Below are positions 13,100 to 26,503 of a stretch of 64,000 nt of DNA, one piece after another. Within the stretch, counting starts at the first letter, position 1; the number at the start of each line of letters is the position of its first letter. Under the pieces are notes generated by a model that was given only the letters and a program-made list of their open reading frames with translations, did not search any database and had not been told where the DNA came from. The stretch lies in the NCBI GenBank assembly GCA_002633005.1, contig NMRA01000040.1, forward strand, positions 141,362 through 205,361. Reading direction: 5' to 3'. The stretch comes from Phoronis australis. Taxonomy: Eukaryota > Animalia > Phoronida. A program made the position numbers and the translations under genes.

Positions 13100-13923
13100 C
13101 TATACAACAGAACACGTCATGGACCAAATGAATAAACATGACACATCACAGATAATGCAAGGTTAAGTACAAAGTAATCATCAAGACGGCACAAAGCTTA
13201 ATATTTACAAAATTATCAGTTGAGGTTTTGAGATCACTCTTTTCTGTGGCTATTGTTTCTTCACTTGTTTTGTTCATGTCTCTTCTCTCTTGGTAATGTG
13301 GATCATTTCTGATAAGATTCAGGGCAGTTTAGAAAACAATTCCATTTTAGTTGTCATACATATGAAATTAAAAAATATATTTACGGCAATAGTGTAGGTT
13401 AAATGCTCAAAAACACACAAAAACTACCGATGTTTAAGCCAGTAGCTGTATTCACACGAACATCTCAAAATGTTTTAGCCGAAACGTTTTAAGCTCATAA
13501 AGGTTTTAAATTAGTAACGTAAAAGTGAACTAAAATATGTCATGGCTTGAAACATTTTTCAAAATGGATTAAATTGTAGATTTAGTTAATACAAGATGAT
13601 TTAAATTTGTTATGTGAAAGCAAATCATTTTAGCTGGAATGTTTTTAAGTCACACACAAACATTAGCTTTATCCACTGAAAAAGAGAGCATACTTAAATT
13701 AGTTGAATGGTGTCACATTACGCACTTAACAAACTATGTAAACATACCATATTTTAGTAGTTAAAAGAATATATAATCTTACACTTATTTTATTTTCCAG
13801 TCCAATTTAGCAAGTGCCAGTCTCCACATAATTTTAGGATAATAAATAATGAATTACAAAATGAACATCATTTGCTGTATTTTTGATTCACTGCAGTTTG
13901 TGGTCAAACCATTTGTAACTTAC

Positions 13924-13986
13924 ATCAGAACCAGGATCCCCAGTTGGTCCTCGGTTACCTGGGAAACCATCTTTACCAGGTTGGCC
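13924..13986 (-). CDS. COL4A1: Exon 7 (63 nt): GQPGKDGFPGNRGPTGDPGSD
   Basis: ttttttcag acceptor, gtaagt donor. Confidence 0.95.
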
Positions 13987-14298
13987 CTGAAAAAAGTGTA
14001 ATCGAAACCAATGAGGGACTTTCAAACATGAGAACTGATCACAATAGCCACGGAGAGGTACATCTTTGACTCGGGTGCGTATTAAACAAAAGTGAAAGTG
14101 TCTCCTTCTCTGGAGAAAAGGGAAGCAAGGGAACCTAAAGCTAAAACCAGGCCCCAAATACAAAACTGTTTTACTCACATCTTAGTCAATCACGGTAACT
14201 TTCTGTACAATTTTTTCACTGTGACAAGGCCCTTAGTGCAACTGTTCAACAGCACAAACAAAAAACATTTAGTACATTATACACAGGTGCTCACGTAC

Positions 14299-14451
14299 AG
14301 GTGATCCACTTGATCCTGCGTCACCCCTTTCACCAGGCAATCCCCGTCCTGCCGCTTCACCAGGATCACCTTGCAGTCCCCTGGGACCAGTTGGTCCCCG
14401 AGGTCCATCCTGGCCAGGAAACCCGGGTAAACCGGATTCACCGATTGCACC
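14299..14451 (-). CDS. COL4A1: Exon 6 (153 nt): [51 protein letters not shown]
   Basis: atatag acceptor, gtacgt donor; end of 7S region and first interruption. Confidence 0.94.
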
Positions 14452-16155
14452 CTATATTTCAAAATGTAATGAGAATTAGGCAACACATGAGGCGCCTGAG
14501 GGAGACTTAATACAAGAGTTTGCCTTCAAGCTTTTGTCTTAAACACTGATACCACCCTTTCATAAGTAATGGTTCAGACTGAATATTCTAATTATGACAG
14601 AAGCCAACACTGAATTAATAAGATAAATACTCTAGTCATGCACCGTGATGATAAGTGTGGGTTATCATATCCAGTTACCTGATATGCACGCCGATTAAAC
14701 AGGGTAAAGCCAGAGTTTAATAATTAGTATTTATCATCTCTTGAATTTATTTCTAAAACCACCAAAAATAACTAAATAAAGTAGTCCAGAGCTTTTGAAT
14801 GTTGACTAAATGACACCAGTGCTCATGCTGCCACCTATAGGGGAACATACAAAATGCTGTGACCACAAAACCATTTCAACATCTACTATAATGGCATTTC
14901 CAAACATAGGCTTTTAACAATATACATCATGGTGATTATTAGGAACTCAACATGTTTTTGGAAATCTACACCAGAATGTTACACAATCTACCAGAAGTTC
15001 ACAGACATAAAATGACTTTCACAGATTCACCAAACCACAGTTTCCATTCTTACAACATTTCTGGCCAAACACCTTGCATTCTTTGTTACCCACATGGCTA
15101 CAGGATTGTCTCTTTTGAAAATTGGTTACTCATCACAAGTCTGGTTTACAGTTTAACACTAATCCATTACCACTGCACATGTGTAAACTGTGAAAGTATG
15201 CAGAAGAGTATAAACTAAAGCCTCTGGTCAATGCACTGAAAGAGCTTTGCAAAATCTGGATCAGAAAATTAATTGTTTACAGACATGGATTTTACATAAT
15301 ATTGTAAATTTTTTTTTTGAAAACTACTAGAGAATGATCTTTACAGTTCCATTTCATTCTGGACCCTGACTGCTGATAATTTCCCAGAAAATTTGCCCAC
15401 CTCAGCATCAGAAAGCGAAGGGCCATTGTTATGCAGTGCACAGCTCAGCTGGAGAGGGTAATAGGTTCCTGCCAAAATTAATTTTAGCCATAATTTCATG
15501 ATGCACGTGACTCAGCACAATACATGAACTCAATTAAAAGGTTAGTAAAATATGTATATATTGGCTTTTTGCAGGAATCTGGAACTTGTAAATTGCAGAG
15601 TATCCATACATCAGGCTTGGTAGCGATATGTTCGGAGTTCTAACTTTACGCTATGGGCCAAGTGGTGTTTCACTGTCTCAGATAAACGATAAGGTTATGT
15701 CTACATATTTAGCAAAATATCTACAATACTAGATTCTTACTCACTAAAAGTATGTTTACTGAAAGTGGAAAGCCATTGGAATTTGCATTTCAGCCTTTTT
15801 ACCACTGCCATTAATTTGCTTATGTGACCATGTCTTTTTGGTAAAATTTAGCAAAAAGAAAGGAACATTGACAGCAAAATAATGGTACCAAATTTTATTT
15901 CATAACAATGTTCAGGACAAAATATCAAGAAAGCTCTTACAATTTTTGTTTTTATGAAAATCACAAAAGTCCAATTTCGTAATAGCGGAACATTTTAAAA
16001 AATATTCCTAGCACAATTTTTGAGAACAGTGCATAAAGCGTAGTACCTGAAAGTTTAATTTGAATCCGATCAACCAAAATGATTTCTGAGATATGACTTT
16101 CCAAAGTAAGTCAAATTTGGACATTTTTCTGCATAACCTTAATTTCTTTCACTTT

Positions 16156-16360
16156 GGCTTGGAATGACCAATGACAAACAAGAGGAAAATTTTCCAGGTG
16201 AAATGTTTTTGTACTGTAAAATTTAACTGAAAAAATGTTTTAGCAAGAATGAAGTCAAAATAATGATAAAACAGAGATGAAAAAAAGAGGAAACTGGAAA
16301 TCGAATAAGAGAAAATCAAAACCAAAAAAGAAGAAATCCTTGAGGAAAATTCCAAGCCCC
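16156..16360. mobile_element. Degenerate relative of the CAGGGCTTGGAAT MITE
   Basis: GGCTTGGAATGACCAATGACAAA start and GGAAAATTCCAAGCCC end; different interior, no TSD retained. Confidence 0.65.
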
Positions 16361-17101
16361 TAGACTTATGCAATGCACTGCAACAAGGAAGGCCAAGATG
16401 TCTGGCAGGACCTTGTCCACAGTCAAGCATATCATAACATGAGCCATCTGGAACTGTCCTCAATCCATCCCGAATGTCTGGGCGTTGCTATTTATATTCA
16501 CTTACACAAAGACAGTAAAAGATGCACAGGGTCTTTAAGATACCAGACGTCCAATTTTAGAGGTTGCAAATTTAAGGCATTAATTATAAACATGTGGGGG
16601 TGCTTAGGTAACACTGTCAGCTAGAGAAGAACACTTATTTATCTCTTATTTACCCATAATTCACATCCAGGGTTTTAGCAAACTTTACAACCTGCTTGAA
16701 TTTCACATCACATTTTGACATACCAGTGTGGCTGCTGCTATCAAGCTGGAATGGGCATGACTCAACCTGGCTAAAATGCACTTCCCATGCAACCAGACCA
16801 AACAACCTTGGCCAACCGCAGAAGTTTAACTCCCTCCGTCTGCATTCCATTTGGGAACAGTACAGGTCAGTACATACAGTCCAGCTAAATATTTACCTTT
16901 TTATAAACAGTCAAACCAGGAGGTAATATTTTGCGGACCATGGTGAAAAAGTTATCTCCAATACAATATTGAGCACCAAAACTCTTGCAAAAATGCCAAT
17001 CCCGCACACACTGAATTTCAACTAACAACAAGTCTTACATAAACAATTCTACTTTGAAATGGATGTATAAATATCTATTCAGCAAATTATACTTAACCTA
17101 C

Positions 17102-17164
17102 CTTTGAACCGTTACAACCATTGTAGCCTTGCGGACCTACGCGCCCTTCTGTACCTGGCTGTCC
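17102..17164 (-). CDS. COL4A1: Exon 5 (63 nt): GQPGTEGRVGPQGYNGCNGSK
   Basis: ttctag acceptor, gtaggt donor; conserved 7S G-C-N-G-[ST]-K Cys / N-glycosylation motif. Confidence 0.96.
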
Positions 17165-19149
17165 CTAGAATCCAGAAGCATTGCAAATTACCAACAGTGT
17201 TCCACAGAAGTTCCAAGACACTGGCAACTTTGGACAAGCAGTTATGCTAACACAAATTCAGTCTAACAATATTACCTTTTCTATTTATTCTCCAGGACTT
17301 CCTTGCAGACCGAGTTGCACGCTGGATAACAACATCATCACGTTACCGTTATCGAGCAATGCTTTTAACTTTGAGTAACAATCAAAACTTATTCAACAGA
17401 TACGTTTTGATGCTTTCATACAACACACCCCCAGGTTTACAAAGCCTACTCAAAAAATATTGTATTGCATTATTTTTTGACATATTGCATTGTGTTGTAA
17501 AGAAGCAAAAAACAGCAGGTTCCAAAATAAAGAAATACCTTATAAATAAAAAAATGGCAAAACAGAAAGAAGAGCAATAGTTTTAGGTTGTCATTGAAAC
17601 CATGAAGGTTAAGGTTTCAAGGGTGGGATTTTGTCAATTCTAATCTTTCAAAATGCACACCAGGGAAGAAGTCTTCATGCTGACTAGTGATAATGGCTTC
17701 CTGGAAAGTTCCCACAAGAACTAAAAAGATTGCATTAGGCAATCATGCTTTGCCTAATTGAGAGCATCCTATTGAATAGGCCAAATTATGCAAGTGGGCA
17801 GATTCAGTTAAGATTTTGAAGTAGATTATGCAATGGCAGCAGGATCTTAAATCACAGGCATCTTGCATTAATTATTTCATCACAGGATTCCATAGATAAG
17901 ACCAAGCAAAACCAACTGGAATAATGGGAAGATTGTGCTCCCCCAGTGGCTATAATTAATTGGCCTACTGTAAAGGAAATATAAGCAATTAGACCACTGT
18001 AGGCTTAAAGTTTCCAGTCCACCAACTATATCTCTGCAGGATTACCACCATGTCCAGCCTAAGACTCAAAAGGTAATGTTTATTTCTTGTATTGCCTGAC
18101 AAGTGATTGGCTCATGTTCACAGTAAATAGAACCATACTATGTTCTTTTTTACATGTAAATTGTGATCTTCAAATAAATATACCCAACCTCCTCCCCATC
18201 CTCTTCCAACCTCTGTGGACATCAAAATAATACACGAGTAAAACAATAATCAAATTGATTTGGATAATGTCTCTGTTTTGCAAATTACAATTTTAAGCAT
18301 CTAAAGATTCTAGAGCTTTGTGCTTATCAAAATGGGTTATTGTGTTGAGAAATGTAACAAAACAAAAAACCGCACTATTCTACCAAAGTGTGTGAAGAAT
18401 AGAAGACAAATGTCGAAGTGTTTTTAACAGAGTAAAGCTATTGCGAGCACTGTGTCGGAGGGTCAAAATGGAGAACTTCAAAATAAGACCATCACAACCA
18501 CTAACAATATTGTACAAACCTGTGCAACAAGAAAACTGTTTTTGAGTATTTTGTACACCATGGTTGCAGATTTTTCACTAAATTTTCAGATTATTGCGCA
18601 GAGATCAGACATCAAAAATTCATATTGAAACAGTTTAATTGGTACTTTTCCCTGTTACTTACGCCTGTGAAACAATTTCATACATGTCATGATTTGACCA
18701 TCAATTTTCAGAATTCTCAATGGTGATTAAATGGTGGACTGCACTTGCAGAAGTGAAAAGATCAGGTACGATTCCTTACTGAACTTAAAATAATTATGTA
18801 AATACATACCGCAATGGTAACATATACCATGATAATATACATAGCAAATTAGAGATCCTTGCTTTTAAGGTTATGCGGATTGTTTCTTAAATCAAAAAAA
18901 CACAATTATCTGCAAAAAGGGCACACAAACCTACACTGGACAATAACTTGTCAGATGATACGTTCTTAACCATTCTACAAAAATTTGGATTAACTGTTCA
19001 TTGAAAGTGTCTTTAATCACGGACTACCGCACTCAGGCTGTCACATAAGAACCTTGACAGATGCCAACGGCTCGACATGTCAGTGTGGACATCATGTGCG
19101 CAAAAAAAAACAACGCACTATATGACTTGCAATGTAAATTTGATAAGAC

Positions 19150-19621
19150 CAGGGCTTGGAATGACCAATGACAAAAAACGCAGAAACTTTTACGGCCCAA
19201 ATCATGCCCGCTAACCAGCCTTGAAATGGTCAATGTGAACCTTTCCTCGACAAAAATCGGGACTAAAAAAAAAGTTACCATCAGTAGCATGCGTCTGCGT
19301 CCTTTTAGCTCGCCCGTCCACTCCCAACCCCACACATATTTTTGGCTGCAGAGCGGTAGTATTTGTCGCCGCGCTTAACAATAACACGAGACGCCATTGA
19401 AAATCCCACCACGCTGTCCCAGGTGCCCCGGCAATGTTGACAATTTACGTTCCTCCGAAACATAAAGAGCAACTTTCGCTTTTCGAGGTGAACGTCATCT
19501 GCAACGACGCGGTAAGAAAGGAATTTGCCGCGGAAATTTTATATCAAATCCGATTTTTTTTACGCGGAAATATTATAAAAAAAGCGGAAATCCGCGTTTC
19601 CGCGGAAAATTCCAAGCCCTG
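19150..19621. mobile_element. hAT-like MITE with 6-bp TSD, copy 1
   Basis: 13-bp TIR CAGGGCTTGGAAT/ATTCCAAGCCCTG; TAAGAC duplicated on both sides; many subterminal GCGGAAA motifs. Confidence 0.9.
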
Positions 19622-20930
19622 TAAGACAATTCCAGTCTTAGGAATAACGTGGCAAAAGCAGATTTTCCCTTCTTTCAGAAACTATTTTTGTCACAGCTTG
19701 GAAGATGAGGCCTCACGCTTAGCCACTTTGACAAAAAAATACGAAATTACCTGGAGATAGTTGGAATCCAACAAAATGCCAACCACATAAGTCGTTGGTT
19801 AGAGATCAGGGTGGTGAACTGGTGATAATGAATATCTATAGAAGAGGTGTTGCGATTCGTTGATTATCTTGCTTTATTTAGAATGAATCGAAGCAATTAT
19901 ATTTCTGAATTCACAGTTCATATCAATTCCTAGCTTAAAAATCTACCATTTCGACTATTATTTTGTTGCTAAGTGACTAACAAGTTGATAAATAATCTGC
20001 TTCGATTATGTGTATTTTCGCCTGGTCTTCATACTTCAAGTCAAATTTCTGTAGGAATCTAAAGTTTTCATGCCTACGGGTACACAGGTCTGTACTGTAT
20101 AATCACAGAAAATCATCATTGTCTACTTGGCTTACTTTGCGAGCGAATTTTTGCGACTATCGCAAAATTAAATCAGAACATTCGACATTCCACGGTATAA
20201 AACGGACTGTTCCAAGACAATACCTAAACAGTGCTCAATATACCTTTATAAATGAACTTAATAAAAATAAAAAAGTAAGAAAATGTTTTTTGGTGCACCT
20301 ATACTGGTGCTGAATGTGTAACCATAGATAGAGTACAGATAAATTCCTCATGTGTGGTCAGGACCTCTGATCAACATCTTCTGGAACTAATCAGACAACA
20401 GAAACTAGTTACATACTAGTCACCTAATTTTATGGACCATTGGTCATTCCTGACACACATTTAAACAATTTCTTGTAAATAATCTGGGCTTCTGGAATGG
20501 AAGAAGAGAATGACAACTAATACTAGAAATGTAAATGGACATTAAAAGCACAAGTTGATCCAGAACAGAAGTGGAAAAGGTAAGGAAGGACAAATGAAAT
20601 TTCTAGGATTAGTTTTGACAAATTTTGTCTTGACAAAAATCAGTCAATTTCGAATAAAAGTATTTTGATTCAACAAGTCGTCGTATTAGCTTTTGTTTGA
20701 AACTGTCAGAAAAACTGTCACACATGCCAGTAATGATCACTTACAGGTCAGTCCCTCTTTTACAGAATTAATATTCTCTAGTGAATTATGGGAATCAAAC
20801 TGGTTCTCAAAGTCTGTGACCCCTGCGACTATTGCCCGTGACCCCTGTGACTATTGCCCGGAAGGGAGTCAGGCAGTCGAATGCAAGTCTTCTCACTTTT
20901 CTAGTATTGAGATAGTCTATGTCAACTTAC

Positions 20931-20975
20931 AGGAACACCTGGTAAACCTGTGAATCCTGGCAATCCAGATTGACC
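20931..20975 (-). CDS. COL4A1: Exon 4 (45 nt): GQSGLPGFTGLPGVP
   Basis: gtttcag acceptor, gtaagt donor. Confidence 0.94.
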
Positions 20976-21474
20976 CTGAAACAAAGAGAGGAATATTGTT
21001 GTTCTCGTCATCAGCAGTATCAATGGTTACTGAGCACAATAAGAGACCAGAGGCGGTAATGGCCTAATATCCGTACTTGAAATTGGACTCGACAATCGCC
21101 CAATTATATGGCAACCCTAAAGTACTTTCAAACTTTTATTCGAACATTGAGTTATTAAAACGTTTTGGGTCTGAGTTCGAGACAAGTCTTAGAGTAAGGT
21201 GACAAAAGCTTGAGCAGTACTGAACACCGCGAGTGATACCACACGACTTGTACCTAAACCACTAAACTTTTTACAAAAGCTTTGGCCTTAACTTCATGCA
21301 AAATACTACACTAATACTTCTACTAAAAATTCATTTACATTTTATTTAAGAACTTATTTCAAAGCAAAAAATTAATCTGGAAACTCGAGTCAGATGACTC
21401 AAACATGACATAGGATTAAAATAACTGCGATTAAGATAATAACGAGCCAGATACCAGAATCCTCAGCAACTTAC

Positions 21475-21609
21475 CCTCACTCCCTTCACTCCAGGTAAGC
21501 CGACAGTTCCCAGTTGGCCCTTGTTTCCCTTGGGTCCAATTGGGCCCTCAGGGCCCAAATACCCAGGCAGACCGGGGGGACCTTGTAGACCTTGAAATCC
21601 TGGTTCGCC
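21475..21609 (-). CDS. COL4A1: Exon 3 (135 nt): [45 protein letters not shown]
   Basis: atttcag acceptor, gtaagt donor, 15 Gly-X-Y triplets (7S helix). Confidence 0.96.
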
Positions 21610-21865
21610 CTGAAATGGTATCAATAACTTGATAATCAAAAAATAAAATTAAAAACTAAAACTCTAGGTGAGGAAAGATAGTGCTTGTCACATTGAATGA
21701 ACAATACAGCTATATCTAATTCAATAACAGAATGTAAATGCCTAAGTCAACTTGAGGCTAAGAAGGAAAACTTTGTTGTCTGTAAACAAATGGGAAGAAA
21801 TTTGCTGTAGGTGTGGTGATGAATAAACATTACTAATCAAACAGCAAGCAAATGTTGAAATCTAC

Positions 21866-21922
21866 CTTTTTGCCTTTAACATTCGGACAGGTACACCTGT
21901 TGGTTGTGCATCCTTTACAAGC
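21866..21922 (-). CDS. COL4A1: Exon 2 (57 nt): ACKGCTTNRCTCPNVKGKK, Cys-rich 7S N-terminus
   Basis: tttttag acceptor, gtagat donor; four Cys plus VKGxK as in alpha1(IV) CAGSGCGKCDCHGVKGQK. Confidence 0.95.
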
Positions 21923-24779
21923 CTAAAAACAGAAAATGATATTCTGGTTAATGAAAAGGTTTGCTGACATGGAGATCCCAGGAAATGTAACAAGCTAGGT
22001 TTTGCATCTTTCAGAATCCCAACATTCCACTTATTCCAGTGTTACATAACAAGACTGCAAATGTGGTGGGACTGACAGGATTATAAACAGTTTGTTTGAA
22101 AAATGTATAACAAAGACAGATCTTATCTCCTAGGAGAATTATGTTTGAACCTGCAAACCCACACAAATTTTGGAACATCAATCAGTTGAAGAATGAATAT
22201 ACACAACTCTAGCCACCAGAAATACTTAGTGGGTGGTCACAGTTAGCAGTTAACATGTCACGCCACCAGATGGGGCAAGTAGCCATCTGCCTTGGCCACT
22301 AATAAGTGACTCATTTGGCTACCACCTTGATCCAAATGTTAACTAAGGTAAGTACATGTTTGGAGCGAAGTGATCCTTTTTATAATTCAAAATAATCACC
22401 ACTGACAAGATGACTTAGATGAACTACAATGTATTTTATAATAGCAATTATTGTTAAACCATGCAACAGTATTTTGCAGCAAAGCAGCACAAAACCTGTT
22501 TTTGGCTAGAGTTTTGTTGAAAAGATAGTAATTCTTGAAAATGTGTTCATGTTTAATTCCTTTAATTGCTTTCAACAAGGACAGCACCAGATCTTAAACA
22601 GAGTTAAGCTGCCATGAAATATAAAAAAGATGATTTGATTCTATAACGTTAAAGCTGCTATTCGCCTAAAAAAGAAAATGAAGTAGGTATTTCACTGTAA
22701 TAAAATCAACCACATAATATTCCTTATCGTGATAGAATTCCAAATCTGTTACCAACCAGAACATTGAAACCATCAATAGCAACACAAGAATTTTTTTCAC
22801 TGGGGTTGGATGGCAACCCAGAGTTCAACAATGGCCCATGCACCCATTGCTGGCACCTTGCATTGGTAACAGAAATAAAACCTCACAATGGTAAGGAGTA
22901 TAATGCAGTAAGGAGTATAATACAGGAAGAAGCATAATGCGACTATTTTAGGAGAGCAAAAGGCCTAATTCAATTTTTGTTTTTAGCCTGCTAAATAGGG
23001 CAAAATGCATCTTAATATAAACGAGCCACTATTTGTTATCACCTGCGAACAATTAATGGATTACAGATAGCTTGTTTTTCCTCAGGTCTATTAGTACAGT
23101 CTATCACCTTCTACTAGTCTCATGAAGTTTTGATAATTAAGGTGCCACAGAGATGACTTAATGACGATAGCCAGACAGAAGGAGTCATAATAATCCAGGT
23201 GTTTAAATAGATTTACTGCCTCTTCAGGAAACTTAAGCACTATGAGATAACCAGGCTTGTCAATAGCAGGTGTACATAAATATTTGTAAACTTATGCAGA
23301 TCATGTAAAATCATGTGCAACACAACCAGTGTCACCAAGTGGTACAGTGAAAGTATGCCACAAATACATGTTAAAGTTCGTCGAAACGTGACAAATTAGT
23401 TCAAATGCGTCAATTTTAATACAGCATACAGCCCCAAATGAATCAGATTAGACGCAACGTAATGACATTTATGAAAAGGATTGATAAAAATAAGCATAGC
23501 TACCATAACATCTTTTAATTCATATTCTGTGCATGCCAAAATCTTAATTATCAAATTTGTTTGCAGCTACTCAAAAGCTTGAAAAGAAATTTTCTATAAT
23601 AATTGTGAATATGACTTATTTGTTGAAAGGTGGTCCCCTGTTATCCAAGGTGTGTTTTGTGATGTTGAGTGCGTGTACGTGTGTTCTACTTTCTTTTTCT
23701 GTGAAATAATTTGTTGAAATAAATATGTATAAAAAAATTCTAATATTTTTTTAGTCAGAACATACCTCACAAGACTAACTGTTATTTATAATTCGAATTG
23801 CTGAAAATTTTCCAATGCAGTTACTTCACAGTTTGCATGTAAAACAATCCCAATGTTGATTGACACTCAGCATACTTTACGTGATGTATAACTACAAAAC
23901 CAGCGTTTACACAATATAATGATTCTCTTGATTCCACCTTGTGCAAGTATGAATAAACAGTGGCACCCACCACATAAATCGGTGGTCGCATAGAAAATGG
24001 CCACCAGTTAACACCGAATACCATATAAATGTCCTAATTGAAAAGGTGCTATCGCCTCCATGATAAAAACTTATTTGCCAAATTTTATGATAAACCATCA
24101 AGAACTCCAAAGAAATACTAAAACAACCACCAAAAATTCCCACTAGGTGACATATTGCTAGTTAGATGGGTTGGCAACTTGTCAACTTGTCATTGTCTAT
24201 CGTCAGCTTCATGGGAACACATCTGCCAAATATTATTAAGTTTTGCAACACTCAGAGGAAATGCCAATATGCATATATAAAATGAAAAATATTCATTATC
24301 CATCATCTTGTGACTAAAATTGAAGAGATTTTGTCATAAAAATATTTTCACCACTTTACAAAAAACGCAAATTAATAAAAGACAGATGACACTTTGGAAG
24401 TTATTTCTCAAACAGCCAACATTAAAAACGCAAACCTCACTTTGTGAATTCAGATCTAAACCGAGGATTTTATGCACAAAAAACTGTGTACCATAAACAA
24501 GTGCCCATGGGAAAATCAAGCAGCAGACAGTCTACCTGGTAAAAGCCCCAAATAGAAGTGAAATGACAGTACAATATGGAGTTTAAGTCAATGATTTTGC
24601 AACAAATTTTGGTTGCAAGATTAGCTTTATCAAAATCTGCACATTTTGTGAGCTTCAAACTGGAATTAGTAAAATTATCCATAAAGATTTGTTCATGGAG
24701 TTATTGAGTGTACTTAGGAACGATCACTCGCACTATAAGGAACCAAACAAAGGCATGCCACCTGAAAGCTTGAACCAAA

Positions 24780-26503
24780 ACAAGAGCAACGCGGAGCGTT
24801 GAAATGCGCGCACGAATGCATCGCAAATGGTGTGCTTTTAGGGGGTTTTGTTTGTATCATCGAAATAACCACTTCATGATGCAAAATACATCGAATCTGT
24901 CTGAAAACCAGAAAATGTTGTTGTTTCTTTAAAAGAAAGCCATTTACCAAATTTCATTAAAATTCATCAAGGAACTTCAGAGAAACAGAGGAAAATGAAA
25001 AAAATGAAATTGCCACTAGGGGGGCACAGTGCTCGTCGGTTCCGTCTAAAAGTTGTCGTCTTCTCTTGTTCACTTCATATAAGTACACATGCTAAAATTT
25101 AATAAAGATCCTGTAGATGGCTTAGGAGACACAGGTATGGGTGCAAAAAAAAGCAAAACCGCCACTAGGAGGCACCACAGTACTCGAAGTAATCGGAAAC
25201 TCATTGTAAACCATCCCCTTCATAGAAAGAACATACATGACAACTTTCACAATCATCCTTAGAGTGGTTTGGTTGACAGAGGGAATGACGTCAACAAAAC
25301 AAGACTCAAAAACAACAAAAATGGCCACTAGGTGGCGCAAGCTATGAATCCATCCAAAAACAGGAGGATAGCGTCATCTCACTAATAAATGTCTATGTAC
25401 CAAATTTTATCGAAATCTGTTGAGGACCCTTGAAGATACAGAGGTAAACGTAAAAAAACAAAACTGCCACTAGGGGGCACACCGGTACACCAATCTGTCC
25501 GAAAGTTGTCGTCCTCCGTTGTCACCTTCATATAAATATATTTGCTAAATCTAATAAAGATCCTATCGAACGTTTAGGAGATACAGCCATGGGCGCAAAA
25601 ACAAACAAAACTGCCACTAGGAGGCGCCACAGTAGTCTAAGTCGTTGGAAAATCATCGTCAACAGTCTTCCTCATAGTAAGAACATACATGCCAATTTTC
25701 ACAATCATCAGTGGTTTGGTCGTTAGAGGAGTGGACGCCAAAAAAAAACGACTCGAAAACAGTAAAAATGGCCACTAGATGGTGCAAAATGCCTCGAATC
25801 CATCCGAAAACAAGAGGATAGCGTCAACTTATTAATAGATGCCTATGTAATAAATGCAGGGCTTAGAATGACCAATGACAAAAAACGCGGAAATCATGCC
25901 CGATTACCAGCTCGCCCGTCCACTCCCAACCCACACATTTTTGGCTGCAGAGCGGTAGTATTTGTCACAGCGCTTAACAATAACACGAGACGCCATTGAA
26001 AATCTCCCACCACGCTGTCCCAGATGCCCCGGCAATGTTGACAATTTACGTTCCTCCGAAACATAAAGAGCAACTTCCGCTTTTCGAGGTGAACGTCGTC
26101 TGCAATGCCGCGGTAAGAAAGGAATTTGCCGCGGAAATTTTATATCAAATCCGATTTTTTTACGCGGAAATATTATAAAAAAAGCGGAAAGCACATTTGA
26201 AAAAAGCGGAAATCCGCATTTCCGCGGAAAATTCCAAGCCCTGTAAATGTCCCGAAAATCAGTTGAGAACCTTTGAAGATACAGAGGCAAATGTAAAAAA
26301 TTATATAATTGCCACTAGGGTGCACAGTGGCATTAGGGTCGGTCCGAAACTTGTCACCCTCTGTCCTCAATCCCATAGGAACACACTTGCCAAATTTCAA
26401 TAAGATCCTGCAAGGGGTTTAGGAGATACAGCCGCGGATGCCGGACACCCAGACAGATAAGACGGCAATATGCGACCACATATAATATGTGGGCGCATAA
26501 TAA
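24780..26503 (+). mobile_element. HINE/Helentron-like element, family A copy 2 (contains nested MITE)
   Basis: Same ACAAGAGCAACGCGG start, tandem core units, terminal palindrome ATGCGACCACATATAATATGTGGGCGCAT. Confidence 0.82.
25857..26243. mobile_element. hAT-like MITE with 6-bp TSD, copy 2, nested in the HINE-like element
   Basis: CAGGGCTTAGAAT..ATTCCAAGCCCTG; TAAATG duplicated; highly similar to 19150-19621 apart from indels. Confidence 0.9.
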
